Shown here piece by piece: positions 29,508 to 44,253 of a DNA stretch of 64,000 bases (positions are counted from its first letter, which is position 1; every line of letters begins with the position of its first letter). The notes below the pieces were generated by a model. It was not told the DNA's origin, searched no databases, and was given only the letters and a program-made list of their open reading frames with translations. The stretch is taken from positions 64,001 to 128,000 of the forward strand of contig JAPSGB010000004.1 of NCBI GenBank assembly GCA_035063585.1, written 5' to 3'. This DNA comes from Polyangiaceae bacterium (GTDB taxonomy: Bacteria > Myxococcota_A > Polyangia > Polyangiales > Polyangiaceae). Made by a program: the position numbers and the translations under genes.

Positions 29508-30581
29508 GTGAGACCGCTGAGCCCGATTCCGCGCCGGACCGGCACCCTCATCCATCGCGCGCTCGGCGTGCTCGCAGTGCTGGCGGCGGCTTGCGGCGCT
29601 GGTAACCCGCCGGGGCCTGCCGCGGCGGCGCCGCGCGCTCCTCACGCCGCGAGCGCGCCGAAGCCCGGAGGTACGACCCGCGCGGCGCCGCCGGTCATCG
29701 GCGCGCTCACCGCGGATCGCGTGAAGCTCGCCTGGGAGGCGGCGGTGGGCGGGTTCGGCAAGGCAGTCGCCATCGACGGCACGCTCGGCCGCGTCGCGGC
29801 CGCGAGCGGCTCACTCGTCAAGCTCTATGAGCTCGCGAGCGGGAGGCCGGCGGGCTCGCTCACCACGTGCCCCGACGTGATCCGCGGCGGGCTCGGCTTC
29901 GCGAGCCGCTCGCTCGTCGTCGTGTGCGAGTCGGGTATCCAGCGCTTCGACCCGGTGAAGCTGACCCGGCTCTCAGCGCCTCGCGCGAACCCATCGAGGA
30001 TCACGGCGGCGAGCCTCTCCGGCCATCGGCTCGCGCTCGGCCATCACGACGGCGTGGTGCGGATCTACGCGCTCGACGGCGCGCCGGCCCTCGAGATCGC
30101 GGTGCCGGGCCCGCCCATCGACGTGAAGAGCCTGGCGCTCGACCCCGCGGGCAAGCGCGTCGCGGTCGCGTGGGTGCAAGGCTCGATCTGGTGGTGGGAG
30201 CTCGCGAAGCCGGACGCCCCGCATCCGCTGGTGCGCCACGAGAGCGAGGCGGACAGCGTCGCCTTCAGCGACGACGGCGCGCTCTTCGCCGAGGAGGGCG
30301 AGCCGCTCCAGACGACGGTGTGGAGCTTCGCAGGCGCGACGCCCGCCGAGCGCACGAAGCTGAAAAATGGCGAGTGGGTGAAACGCCTACTGTTCACGCG
30401 CGATGGCAAATGGCTGATCCGCGGCGGAGCGGACGGCCTCGAGCTCGCCGAGCTCGGCGGGCCGCGGCGCGTCGCGCTCGACACCACCGGCCAGGTCGAG
30501 GACGCCGCCCTCGACGAGCGCGGGGCGGCGCTCGCCGCCATCGACCGCCGAGGGCGGCTCACCGCCTGGCGCGTCCGCTGA
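29508..30581 (+). CDS. WD40/beta-propeller lipoprotein
   Basis: Lipobox LAAAC; repeats such as GVVRIY, VKSLALDPAG, SVAFSDDG, LLFTRDGKWL; start uncertain. Confidence 0.7.
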   Translation: MRPLSPIPRRTGTLIHRALGVLAVLAAACGAGNPPGPAAAAPRAPHAASAPKPGGTTRAAPPVIGALTADRVKLAWEAAVGGFGKAVAIDGTLGRVAAASGSLVKLYELASGRPAGSLTTCPDVIRGGLGFASRSLVVVCESGIQRFDPVKLTRLSAPRANPSRITAASLSGHRLALGHHDGVVRIYALDGAPALEIAVPGPPIDVKSLALDPAGKRVAVAWVQGSIWWWELAKPDAPHPLVRHESEADSVAFSDDGALFAEEGEPLQTTVWSFAGATPAERTKLKNGEWVKRLLFTRDGKWLIRGGADGLELAELGGPRRVALDTTGQVEDAALDERGAALAAIDRRGRLTAWRVR

Positions 30582-30663
30582 GCGAGCCGGGCGCGCGCGG
30601 CAGCGGCCGGCGATAGATCTTCCATGCGCGTCGCGCGTAGAAGCCTTCGTACGGGAGGCGGCC

Positions 30664-31548
30664 ATGTCAAAGAAGCTCCGATACGTGACCCTCGGCTTGC
30701 TCGCGGCGGCGCTGCTCGTCGCCTTCGCGGCCAGCGCGGACGCGCCGCGCCGACGCTGGTGGCGCCCGAGCCCTCCGCCGGATGAGCCGCGGTATCGCGT
30801 CACGCTGGAAGACCGCGCGGGCCGGCCGCTCCGGACCTTCTCTCGAGGCGGCCGCGTCTTCGTGCTGGGGGAGAACGGCGACGCCTACGTCATTCGCATC
30901 GAGAACCTCGGCGCAGAGCGCGTCGAGGCGGTGGTGAGTGTGGACGGCCGCGACGCGGTGAGCGGGGACGTCGCGAGCTTCGTGAATCAGCGCGGCTACC
31001 TCATCCCCCCGTACGGCTCGGTTCGAGTCGAGGGGTTCCGGCAGAGCCTCGACGACGTCGCGACCTTCCGCTTCTCCGATCCTTCGGACAGCTACTCCTC
31101 GCGGCGCGGCACACCGGAGAACGTCGGCATCATCGGCGTGGCCTTCTTCGCCGAGCGCCGGCGCCCGGTGGTCGCCGAGCCCCGGTGGCGCCCAAGGCCA
31201 CCCGAGCGCGCGCCCCAGCACGGTCCGCCACCCCCCCGGCCGACCGACCCGAGCGGAGCCGGCAGGCCGTCCGCGGCGGCGCCGCGGGACGCCGAGCGAC
31301 GCGCCGAGTCAGACGGGAATCTCGGCACCGAGTACGGCGAGAGCCGCTACAGCCCGGTCTCGACCACTCGCTTCGAGCGCGCCACGCCGGCGCGACCCAC
31401 GCGCATCGTGACCTTACGTTATGATGACGCCGAGGGGCTCGAGGCGCGCGGATTCGACGTGTTCCGACACCGTCGCGCTCCGGTCGTCCAGCGAGAGCCG
31501 CGCGCGTTTCCTCATGACAGCGAGCTCCGCTTCGCGCCCCCCCCTTGA
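30664..31548 (+). CDS. Secreted conserved hypothetical protein
   Basis: GGAGG RBS; signal peptide; VEAVVSVDG.D, VGIIGVAFF, LGTEYGE motifs. Confidence 0.7.
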   Translation: MSKKLRYVTLGLLAAALLVAFAASADAPRRRWWRPSPPPDEPRYRVTLEDRAGRPLRTFSRGGRVFVLGENGDAYVIRIENLGAERVEAVVSVDGRDAVSGDVASFVNQRGYLIPPYGSVRVEGFRQSLDDVATFRFSDPSDSYSSRRGTPENVGIIGVAFFAERRRPVVAEPRWRPRPPERAPQHGPPPPRPTDPSGAGRPSAAAPRDAERRAESDGNLGTEYGESRYSPVSTTRFERATPARPTRIVTLRYDDAEGLEARGFDVFRHRRAPVVQREPRAFPHDSELRFAPPP

Positions 31549-31623
31549 GCCTCACGCGGAGCGGTGGGGCGACGCCGAAAGCTCGTCCTCCCCGCCGATG
31601 CTGTGGGTATACTACACCATCGG

Positions 31624-32025
31624 ATGCGGCCGGAGACCCCTCATCGAATACGGGTCCTCGTAGTGGACGACGAAGAGCCCGTGGCGCGCGCGATCGCGCG
31701 CGCGCTCGGGGACCGCTTCGACGTCACGCTCGCGCACAGCGTGGACGGAGCGCAGCGCGCCCTCGACCACGCGAGCTTCGACGTCGTGGTGTCGGACATC
31801 TGCATGCCCGGCAAGAGCGGGCTCGATCTCCACGCCTGGCTCGAGGCAAGCTCCCCGGAGATCGCCTCGCGGGTGGTGTTCATCACCGGCGGGAGCCCGA
31901 ATCCGAGCGAACGCGCGCGGCTCGCGCGCCTGCCGAACCCTTGCCTCGGCAAGCCATTCCATACGGAAGAGCTCGAGGACATCGTGCTTGCGGTCGCGAA
32001 GAGCGCCGGGTCGCGCGCTCCTTGA
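31624..32025 (+). CDS. Single-domain response regulator
   Basis: VLVVDDE, VVSDICMPGKSG, VFITG, KPF. Confidence 0.88.
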   Translation: MRPETPHRIRVLVVDDEEPVARAIARALGDRFDVTLAHSVDGAQRALDHASFDVVVSDICMPGKSGLDLHAWLEASSPEIASRVVFITGGSPNPSERARLARLPNPCLGKPFHTEELEDIVLAVAKSAGSRAP

Positions 32026-32043
32026 GCGCGGCGAGCGACCCCG

Positions 32044-33345
32044 TCAGCACGAGGGCGCGGGCGGACGAGCTTCGGTGAAGAGCCAGGTCATGGCCTGGAT
32101 CATCGGAGCGACGTCGGCGGCCGCCGCGAGCTCACGGCATGAGTGCATGGCGAGCATCGGGTTTCCGACGTCGACCGCTCGGATCCCCATCCGGGCCGCG
32201 GTGATGGGCCCGATGGTGCTCCCGCAAGGAAGATCATTGCGAGACACGAACCGCTGCGACGAGACTCCAGTCGCGGCGCAAGCCTGCGCGAAGAGCGCGA
32301 TGCCGGGCCCATCGCTCGCGTAGGATTGGTTCGCATTCACCTTGATGACAGGGCCTCCGCCGAGCCGCGGGGCGTGCTCCTTGTCGTGCTTGTCGGCGTA
32401 GTTCGGGTGTATGGCGTGCGCCATGTCCGCCGAGAGCAGGAACGAACGCGCGAACGCGCGCGCGGCGGCCTGGCTCGTGGCGTGCGGGGAGCTCCCGGCG
32501 ACCCGCTCGAGCACGCTGGTGAGAAACCTCGAGCGCGCCCCGGCCGCGCTCTGGCTACCGACCTCCTCGTGGTCGTAGAGCGCCACCACTCTCGTCGCGT
32601 CACCCGGCGCGCCGGCGCTCGTGAGGGCGACGAGCGCCGCGTGGCAGCTCCCGAGGTTGTCGAGCCGCGGCGCGCTGATCAGCTCGGCGGCGTCGCCGAT
32701 GAGCGCCGAAGGAGCGCTGTCGAACAAACACAGATCCCAACCGAGGAGGTCGTTTGCGCGGAGCCCCTCTCCGAGCTCCTGCGCGACCAGCTCCTTGAAC
32801 GGCGGCGCTTCCGGGTCGGTCGCCATGCCGAGCAGCGGCGTAAGCTGAGTCTGCGCGTTCAGCTGGAGCCCGTGGGTGTTCACCTCGCGGTTCAAGTGAA
32901 TGGCAAGGTTCGGGATCCGGCAGATTGGACGCGCGAAGCGCACGAGACGCGTCGTTCCATCGGCGAGCGCGACCCTCCCGGCCGCGCCGAGGTCGCGGTC
33001 GAGCCAGGTGCTCTGGAGCGCGCCGCCGTAGACCTCGATCGCGAGCTGCCGGTATCCGCTGGCTCGAACGTCTGCGTTCGGCTTGACGCGCAAACCCGGG
33101 GAGTCCGTGTGCGCGCCGATCAGCAAGAACCCTCCGCGCTCGGGCGGCGCCGCGCCGCACTCGAACGCGACCACGCTCGCGCCGCCGCGCACCACGTAGC
33201 GCTTCGCGCCCGGACCGAGGTCCCACGGCTCGCGCTCGTCGAGCGCCGTGAACCCGTGGGCTTCGAGCCGGCGCACGGACGCGGACGCGGCGTGATACGG
33301 GCTCGGAGAGGCGTCGATGAGCTCGAGCAAATCGCGGGTCGACAC
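32044..33345 (-). CDS. M18 family aspartyl aminopeptidase
   Basis: SPSPYHA, GAHTDSP, RLDNLGS, DHEEVGS, SADMAHAIHPNY, CGSTIGP, AMHSCRE. Confidence 0.93.
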   Translation of the reverse strand: MSTRDLLELIDASPSPYHAASASVRRLEAHGFTALDEREPWDLGPGAKRYVVRGGASVVAFECGAAPPERGGFLLIGAHTDSPGLRVKPNADVRASGYRQLAIEVYGGALQSTWLDRDLGAAGRVALADGTTRLVRFARPICRIPNLAIHLNREVNTHGLQLNAQTQLTPLLGMATDPEAPPFKELVAQELGEGLRANDLLGWDLCLFDSAPSALIGDAAELISAPRLDNLGSCHAALVALTSAGAPGDATRVVALYDHEEVGSQSAAGARSRFLTSVLERVAGSSPHATSQAAARAFARSFLLSADMAHAIHPNYADKHDKEHAPRLGGGPVIKVNANQSYASDGPGIALFAQACAATGVSSQRFVSRNDLPCGSTIGPITAARMGIRAVDVGNPMLAMHSCRELAAAADVAPMIQAMTWLFTEARPPAPSC

Positions 33346-33371
33346 GGCGGCGAATATAGTACACCTCCGCG

Positions 33372-34418
33372 GTGCTCACCCGAGACGTCCGAATCGAGGG
33401 GTTCACGGCCACCGATTGGCTCCGTCTGGCCGAGCTCGTGCGGCCGGCTCGAGAGCGGCCCGGTGAGGGAACCTCGCGCGTGGAGTCGAGCGCGCGAGGG
33501 GATGTCGGTCCGGCGCGCAGACGCGGGGGAGTCATCGCTATCACGGTGGGCGCGGAGCTCCGGAAGCTCCTGAGCACGGAGCAGGCGCGACTCGAGCTCG
33601 ACGGTGAGCCGTGGCCGGTACCGCTCGCCGAGCTCGCGGCGCGGCACGGCGTCCGCTGGGCGGTCGCGGTGAGCTCCGATGCGCTCGAGGAGCTGACGGA
33701 GCGGTTCGCCGATCGGCTCCGCCGCGAGCACGATCTCCTGGCGCAGGGGCTCCTCTTGGTCGGGATTCTGCGCGAGCTCGCCGCGGAGGGCGCGATCTCC
33801 GCGTGGCCGTGGCACCCGGCGTCGTGGCCGGTCCCGCGCGAGCGGGTCCTCCTGCGCGCCCTCGACGCCCTGTGTCCCGACGGCAAGACGCTCCTCGTTG
33901 GCGCATTCCACCAGGGCGAGCTCGCGACCTGCCTCGCCGCGCACCGGCGCGCGACGGGCTTCGACAGGCTCGTCGGGCCGGGTCTCTTGCGGCGCGAGAT
34001 GGGCCTGGTGAGCGGCGATTGGCGTCGCGACTACCGTCACCTCGCCCGCGCCGCGGAGCGGACCGTGGGCGAGCTCGCGAACGGCTGCTTCGGAGAGCTC
34101 GACACCTTTCGCCGGCTCGTCGAGGAGCCTCGCCCCGGCGCGTGGGCGGCCGCGGTCGCCGCGCGAGACATCGTGCTCTCCCCCGCGGTCCCGGCGATCG
34201 CCGTGCCGCTCGGGGTGGACGCCGGACGCGCCGCACTCGCGAGCGTGCGCGCCCTCGCGGACCGCTTGGGCGCCACGAACTGGCTCGAGGAGAGCGCGCT
34301 GCTTCGGCCCGCGCTCGAGCGGATGCGCGAGCTGACCCCTGGCCGTGACGAGCTCGAGCGCCTGCTCGGCTTCGATCCGATCGTGCTCGTGCGACGCCTC
34401 CTCGGTCGAGGCGATTGA
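33372..34418 (+). CDS. Hypothetical protein
   Basis: 348-aa ORF with typical codon bias, divergent from the M18 peptidase. Confidence 0.65.
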   Translation: MLTRDVRIEGFTATDWLRLAELVRPARERPGEGTSRVESSARGDVGPARRRGGVIAITVGAELRKLLSTEQARLELDGEPWPVPLAELAARHGVRWAVAVSSDALEELTERFADRLRREHDLLAQGLLLVGILRELAAEGAISAWPWHPASWPVPRERVLLRALDALCPDGKTLLVGAFHQGELATCLAAHRRATGFDRLVGPGLLRREMGLVSGDWRRDYRHLARAAERTVGELANGCFGELDTFRRLVEEPRPGAWAAAVAARDIVLSPAVPAIAVPLGVDAGRAALASVRALADRLGATNWLEESALLRPALERMRELTPGRDELERLLGFDPIVLVRRLLGRGD

Positions 34419-34505
34419 AGGCGCACGCCCGGCGCGGTTCCGCGCCGGACCGGCAACTCCACCGTGCCCCGACCGCGCTTTACCCGGAGCGCGGACCGGG
34501 TGAAG

Positions 34506-36146
34506 ATGCGGTCGATGGTCGCTCCCGGGCGCATTCGGCGCCGGCTGACGCTGGCGATCGTGGTCACGGCCGTCATCCCGCTCCTCGCGGCGGTCTGGCA
34601 GGCCGATTTCTACGTGAGGCAGACCTCCGCCCGCTTCTACACGCCCGAGGTAGGCGCGCACCTCTGGCGTTCGCTCGCGCTCTACCAAGAGCTCGCGCGC
34701 ACGGTGAAGGCTTCGATGCGCGTCGAGGCCGCGGCCATCGCTGCGCGCGAGGACATCCGTCAGGCGGCTGCGCGCGGCGACCAAGCGGCGCTCGCCGAGG
34801 CGCTGCGAGCGCCCTTCGACGACCACGCGGATCTCGTCTCGCTCACGGTGGAAGACGCGGAGGGCACGCGCCTCGGGTTCGCCGACCGAGGCCGCCCGCT
34901 CGATCCCAAGAAGGAGAACGCGCTCGAGGTGACGCGCCCGCTCTCCGACGCCGCCGAGGGGGAGGCCGCGCCGCAGCTCACCGCGGTGTTCGCCGCCGAT
35001 CGCGCGCGCTTCGACGAGCTCGACGAGATGAGTCAATTCGTCGACACCTATCAGCGCATCGAGCGCGGTCGACACACCTACGACAAGCGCTTCGTGTACG
35101 CGTTCGCCGCGCTGCTCGGCATCACCATCCTCGGCGCGGTCGGGGTGGGCGTCCTGCTCTCGCGCGGCGTCTCCACTCGGATCAGCGAGCTCGCCGACGC
35201 TACTCGGCTGGTAGGCGCCGGAGATCTGTCGATCCGCGTCCCCGAGTCCGGCACCGATGAGATCGCCGATCTGGCGCGCGCGTTCAACCGCATGCTGAGC
35301 GAGGTCGGCGCGAGTCGGGCGCGCATCGAGTACCTGCAACGCATCGGCGCGTGGCAGGAGATGGCACGACGACTGGCGCACGAGATCAAGAACCCGCTCA
35401 CGCCCATCCAGCTCGCGGTGCAGGAGGTCCACCGGCGCTACTCGGACGGGGACGCGGGCTACACCAAGCTGCTCGACACTACGCTCGAGATCGTCGAGGA
35501 CGAGGTCGCGACGCTTCGCCGCCTGGTGAGCGAATTCAGCGATTTTGCCCGGATGCCGCAGGCCGAGTTGGTCGAGCAGGATCTGGTCACCTTCCTCGCC
35601 GAGCAGCGCGAGCGGATGAAGGTGCTCGACGAGGAGGGCACGGAGCGCGACGGCGACTCGAGCGCGCATCTGCCCGGCGAGGGCTTCGCCGTGGAACTCC
35701 CGAGCGGCCCCGCGCTCGCCTGCATCGACAAGCAGCTCCTCCGGCGGGCGCTCATCAACCTGATCCGCAACGCCGCGCAGGCGATCGGCGAGGCAGGGCG
35801 TGCGGGAGGGCGCATCGTGGTTCGACTCCACCGCCGCGGCGACTACTGGGTCATCGACATCGACGACGATGGCCCCGGAATCGCGGAGGAGCTCCGCGAC
35901 GCGATCTTCGACCCGTACGTCACCACCAAGACCGACGGCACGGGCCTCGGCCTCGCCATCGTAAAGAAGATCGTCGTCGAGCATGGCGGCAGTATCCGAG
36001 CAGAGGCGAGCCCGCTCGGCGGCGCGCGCATACGCGTCGAGCTGCCGGTCGCGGGCACCGCGGCGGGGACCGCCGCGCGCGACGCGAGCGACTGGCGCGA
36101 GGTGCCCTCGTCGGGTAGAGCGGCCCGTCGCGAGCCCTCAGCATGA
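34506..36146 (+). CDS. HAMP-domain sensor histidine kinase (NtrY-like)
   Basis: 2 TM helices; DEIADLARAFN HAMP; WQEMARRLAHEIKNPLTPIQL H-box; NLIRNA, DDGPGI, GTGLGL. Confidence 0.92.
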   Translation: MRSMVAPGRIRRRLTLAIVVTAVIPLLAAVWQADFYVRQTSARFYTPEVGAHLWRSLALYQELARTVKASMRVEAAAIAAREDIRQAAARGDQAALAEALRAPFDDHADLVSLTVEDAEGTRLGFADRGRPLDPKKENALEVTRPLSDAAEGEAAPQLTAVFAADRARFDELDEMSQFVDTYQRIERGRHTYDKRFVYAFAALLGITILGAVGVGVLLSRGVSTRISELADATRLVGAGDLSIRVPESGTDEIADLARAFNRMLSEVGASRARIEYLQRIGAWQEMARRLAHEIKNPLTPIQLAVQEVHRRYSDGDAGYTKLLDTTLEIVEDEVATLRRLVSEFSDFARMPQAELVEQDLVTFLAEQRERMKVLDEEGTERDGDSSAHLPGEGFAVELPSGPALACIDKQLLRRALINLIRNAAQAIGEAGRAGGRIVVRLHRRGDYWVIDIDDDGPGIAEELRDAIFDPYVTTKTDGTGLGLAIVKKIVVEHGGSIRAEASPLGGARIRVELPVAGTAAGTAARDASDWREVPSSGRAARREPSA

Positions 36147-36724
36147 CGGAACATCACCGCGAGGCCGCGACGAGCGCCGCACCGAAGGCTGCGCGGCGCG
36201 GTGGCCGCGTGCTCTCGCGGCGTCGCGTCGTGCTCGCGCTCGGCGCGGCGCTCGTCGTAGGCGTCATCCTGCCGCGGGTGTGGTCCCGGCGTCGCGCGAG
36301 AGCGGTCCCCGCGCCGGACTTCGTGCTGCCCGTCATCTATAACGGTGAAGAGGGCAGCCGCGTACGGCTCTCCGATGCTCGCGGGAGCGCGGTGCTGCTC
36401 GACTTCTGGGCGAGCTGGTGCGGACCGTGCCAGGAGCAGGCGCCCATCGTCGACGAGCTCGCCCGGCGGTATCGAGCCCGCGGCCTCGTCGTCCTCGGGA
36501 TCGACACCGGTGACGAACAGGAAGCCGCGATCCGCTGGGCGCAGAGTCGCAAGCTCTCGTACGCGGTGGCCTTCGACGGCGGGGAGGTCGCCGCGGCGTA
36601 TCGCGTCGAGGGGCTGCCCACGCTCGTGGTCATCGATCGGCGCGGACGAATCGTGGCGACCCGGACCCGCGTGGTGAGCGAGGCTGAGCTCTCGCGCTTG
36701 GTCGACGAGGCGCTCGCCGAATAG
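36143..36724 (+). CDS. TlpA/ResA-family thiol-disulfide oxidoreductase
   Basis: APDF, LDFWASWCGPC, YRVEGLPT; ATGA overlap. Confidence 0.9.
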   Translation: MTEHHREAATSAAPKAARRGGRVLSRRRVVLALGAALVVGVILPRVWSRRRARAVPAPDFVLPVIYNGEEGSRVRLSDARGSAVLLDFWASWCGPCQEQAPIVDELARRYRARGLVVLGIDTGDEQEAAIRWAQSRKLSYAVAFDGGEVAAAYRVEGLPTLVVIDRRGRIVATRTRVVSEAELSRLVDEALAE

Positions 36725-36772
36725 GCGCGAGGCGTGCGCCTCGCGCGCGAGTCTGTTAGTGTGGCAGGCGCG

Positions 36773-37156
36773 ATGGAGACCTTCGAGGAGTTTTGGCCCT
36801 TCTACGTGCGCGAGCATCGGAAGAAGCTCACGCGACAGTTCCACTTCGTCGGGACCACGCTGGCGCTCGGCTGCGCCGCCGGCGCGCTGCTCACGCGCCG
36901 GCGCTGGCTGCTCGCGCTGGCACCGATCGCCGGCTATGGGCCCGCGTGGTTCAGCCACTTCTTCGTGGAGAAGAACCGCCCCGCGACGTTCAAGCACCCG
37001 CTCTGGAGCCTGCAAGCGGATTTCGTCATGTGGACGAAGATGCTCCGCGGCACGATGGACGCCGAGGTCGAGCGCGTGCTCGCCGAGAGCTCACCGAAGA
37101 TCGACGACGATCCGGAGATCCGGACCAACATGCAGACGGACGGCACGCTGCACTGA
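36773..37156 (+). CDS. DUF962/Mpo1-like membrane protein
   Basis: FEEFWPFYVREH, HFVGT, GYGPAWFSHFFVEKNRPATF. Confidence 0.85.
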   Translation: METFEEFWPFYVREHRKKLTRQFHFVGTTLALGCAAGALLTRRRWLLALAPIAGYGPAWFSHFFVEKNRPATFKHPLWSLQADFVMWTKMLRGTMDAEVERVLAESSPKIDDDPEIRTNMQTDGTLH

Positions 37157-37271
37157 ACGAACATGGCGGCCCGCCGCGGGCCGCCCCATGGCTTCCGCGC
37201 GCGCCCGCTCGAGCGCGACGCTCTCGGCGGGGCTTGCCGAGCGCGCTCGGGCGGGCTTCACTGTCTCCCCC

Positions 37272-38360
37272 ATGACGGTCCACGCGATCATCCTCGCCGG
37301 CGGGAGCGGAACTCGCTTCTGGCCGGCATCGCGTCAGGGAAACCCGAAGCAACTCCTCCCGCTCGGCCCGCAGGCGGACGAGAGCCTGATCGCCGCCACG
37401 GTCAGGCGAATCGCGCCGCTCTGCCCGCCCGAGCGCACGCTGGTCGCCACCGGCGCGAGGCTGCTCGACGCGACACGGCGCGCGCTGCCGGGGCTCCCCG
37501 ACTCGGCTTTCCTCGGCGAGCCGATCGCTCGCAACACGGCGCCGTGCATCGGCTGGGCGACCGCCGTGGCGGCGCGCCGCGACCCGGACGCCGTGGTCAT
37601 GGTGCTGCCGAGCGACCACCACATCGGCGACGTCCCGGCGTTCCAGGCAGCGCTCGCCACCGCGCTCGCGGCGGCCGAGCGCGGGCGCATCACCACCATC
37701 GGGATCACGCCGACCCGCCCGGACACTGGCTTCGGCTACATCGAGGCCGGCGCGGGCGACGACTCGGGCGTGCGGCGCGTCGCGCGCTTCGTCGAGAAGC
37801 CCGATCGCGTACACGCCGAGGAGTATCTCGCGAGCGGCCGGTACTTCTGGAACAGCGGGATGTTCTTCTTTCGCGCTCAGGTGATGCTGGACGCCATTTT
37901 GCGCCACCTGCCCGCGCTCTCCGAGGGCCTCTCCCGGGTGGAGCGCGCCGCCGCGCTCGGGCCCGACGCCGAGCGCGAGGCGGTCCGCGCCATGTTCGAG
38001 GCCGCCGAGCCGATCAGCATCGACTACGGCATCATGGAGAGAGAGGCCGAGCTGAACGTCGTCCCGGGGAGCTTCGGTTGGAGCGATCTCGGGAGCTGGG
38101 AGAGCGCATGGGAGCTGTCGCCGAAGGACGACCAAGGCAACGCAGCCCCCGCGAGCGCCATCTTGTGTGATTCACGGAGCAACCTGGTCCGAGATCTTCG
38201 CACCGATCGCGCCGCCCGCGTGATCGCCCTGGTCGGCGTGGAGGATCTCTGCATCGTCGAGACGGACGACGCCTTGCTCGTCATCCCACGGGACCGCGCC
38301 CAGGACGTCCGCCAAGTGGTCGCCGAGCTCACTCGACGCCAGGAGGAGGATAGACTGTGA
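37272..38360 (+). CDS. manC: Mannose-1-phosphate guanylyltransferase
   Basis: ILAGGSGTRFWP.SR...PKQL, EPIARNTAP, PSDH, FVEKP, WNSGMF, SIDYGIME, WSDLGSW. Confidence 0.92.
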   Translation: MTVHAIILAGGSGTRFWPASRQGNPKQLLPLGPQADESLIAATVRRIAPLCPPERTLVATGARLLDATRRALPGLPDSAFLGEPIARNTAPCIGWATAVAARRDPDAVVMVLPSDHHIGDVPAFQAALATALAAAERGRITTIGITPTRPDTGFGYIEAGAGDDSGVRRVARFVEKPDRVHAEEYLASGRYFWNSGMFFFRAQVMLDAILRHLPALSEGLSRVERAAALGPDAEREAVRAMFEAAEPISIDYGIMEREAELNVVPGSFGWSDLGSWESAWELSPKDDQGNAAPASAILCDSRSNLVRDLRTDRAARVIALVGVEDLCIVETDDALLVIPRDRAQDVRQVVAELTRRQEEDRL

Positions 38361-38785
38361 GGCGCTGGGGCCCGCTCGTCACGGCGATGATCACCCTCGC
38401 GAGCTGCCACAACGCCACCAAGGAGACGGAGTGTGCGCGCTTCGTCGAGCTCGTGAACGGGTCGCTCGTGGAGATCAACCGTCACACCCGGATCCAGGGG
38501 CTCGACGGGCCTCGCATGGTCACCGAAATGACCCAGCTCGCGAGCCTCTACGACAAGCTCGCCGCGGACATCGGCAAGCTGCCGCTGTCCACCTCGGCGC
38601 TCTCGACCCGGGCGGAGGACTACCGGCGCATGGCTCAGAGCGCGGCGAGCGCGGCGCGACATCTCGCGACGGCGGTCAGCGAGGCCGATCCGAAGGCGCT
38701 GAGCATTGCCGATCACGAGTTCAAGGCGGTCGTCGAGCGCGAGGCGAAGCTCATCGAGGCCATCGACGCCGAGTGTAAGCGCTGA
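38357..38785 (+). CDS. Helical lipoprotein, function unknown
   Basis: GTGA overlap; lipobox LASC. Confidence 0.65.
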   Translation: MRRWGPLVTAMITLASCHNATKETECARFVELVNGSLVEINRHTRIQGLDGPRMVTEMTQLASLYDKLAADIGKLPLSTSALSTRAEDYRRMAQSAASAARHLATAVSEADPKALSIADHEFKAVVEREAKLIEAIDAECKR

Positions 38786-38794
38786 AGCCGGCGC

Positions 38795-39058
38795 TCAGCC
38801 CTTCGGCATGATGAGCCAGTAGAACGCAGCCGCGCCCATGCACCAGCTCCACACCGTCATCACGTCCGAGAGCCTATAGCTCGAGACGGGGACCTCCTCG
38901 GCGTTACTCCAGCCCCACACGAACGCATAGGGGAACACCACGAGCCCGAGCAAGGCCGTGGATGCGCTCTCGTACTTGTACATCTGGTAGGCGACCACCA
39001 AGAGGCAGCCAACGCTGAAGACGGCGAAGCAGAGCACAGCGGGAAGGAGTCCGGTCAT
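38795..39058 (-). CDS. Small membrane protein
   Basis: 87 aa, hydrophobic, GAGG RBS. Confidence 0.5.
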   Translation of the reverse strand: MTGLLPAVLCFAVFSVGCLLVVAYQMYKYESASTALLGLVVFPYAFVWGWSNAEEVPVSSYRLSDVMTVWSWCMGAAAFYWLIMPKG

Positions 39059-39173
39059 GGTTCCTCGGCGCGCCGGGCGAAGCGGCGCGGGGGCACATGC
39101 TGCGAGAAATCGCGCGTCGGCGCAAGCTCGCGCCCGGGGGCGGTCGGCCCCCGGCCACCCGGGGCGCCCTCGT

Positions 39174-41321
<2,148 letters not shown>

Positions 41322-41398
41322 CTTCCCCCAGCCGCGGCTCTCTTTCAACCCCCGCTCAGCCGCCGAGCCGCCCCCCCGCCCACGCTTGGCGCGTCTCA

Positions 41399-41422
41399 CG
41401 CTCGCGCTCGCGCTCGCGCTCG
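41399..41422. repeat. (CGCTCG)4 hexamer microsatellite upstream of uvrB
   Basis: cgctcg x4 read directly from the sequence. Confidence 0.6.
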
Positions 41423-41449
41423 CTTCGCGCTCGGGCCGACTCGACCCCC

Positions 41450-41485
41450 AAAACGAAGTGGGCGGCCCCGGGAAGGAGCCGCCCA
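41450..41485 (-). terminator. Intrinsic terminator after hppA
   Basis: Minus strand TGGGCGGCTCC-TTCCC-GGGGCCGCCCA followed by CTTCGTTTT. Confidence 0.6.
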
Positions 41486-41518
41486 GCTTTCGGTCGCCGC
41501 GTCAGCCGCGAGCGCGCG

Positions 41519-44005
<2,487 letters not shown>

Positions 44006-44253
44006 CGGAGACCTCTACACTCGTTGCATGCGCGCTCCGCTCATCACGCGGCCCGCGCGGCTTCGAGGGGTTGGCCGCCACTTCGCGTGGCGCTTCAGCT
44101 CGCCTCGGCTCTCTCCCGAACCGGGTGGAAAGCGACGGCCAATTACCAAAAACCAGTCGCCATGCCAACGGACGCGCGCTCGAGCCGGAGCGCACGTTCA
44201 ACATGTTGATTTTATTGTTGTTTGTTCCGGCGCGGAAGCTAGGTGGGCGTCCG

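Noticed and set aside
33120..35984. 954-aa minus-strand ORF
   Set aside because: Antisense shadow of the histidine kinase and hypothetical genes; no motifs; typical high-GC artefact
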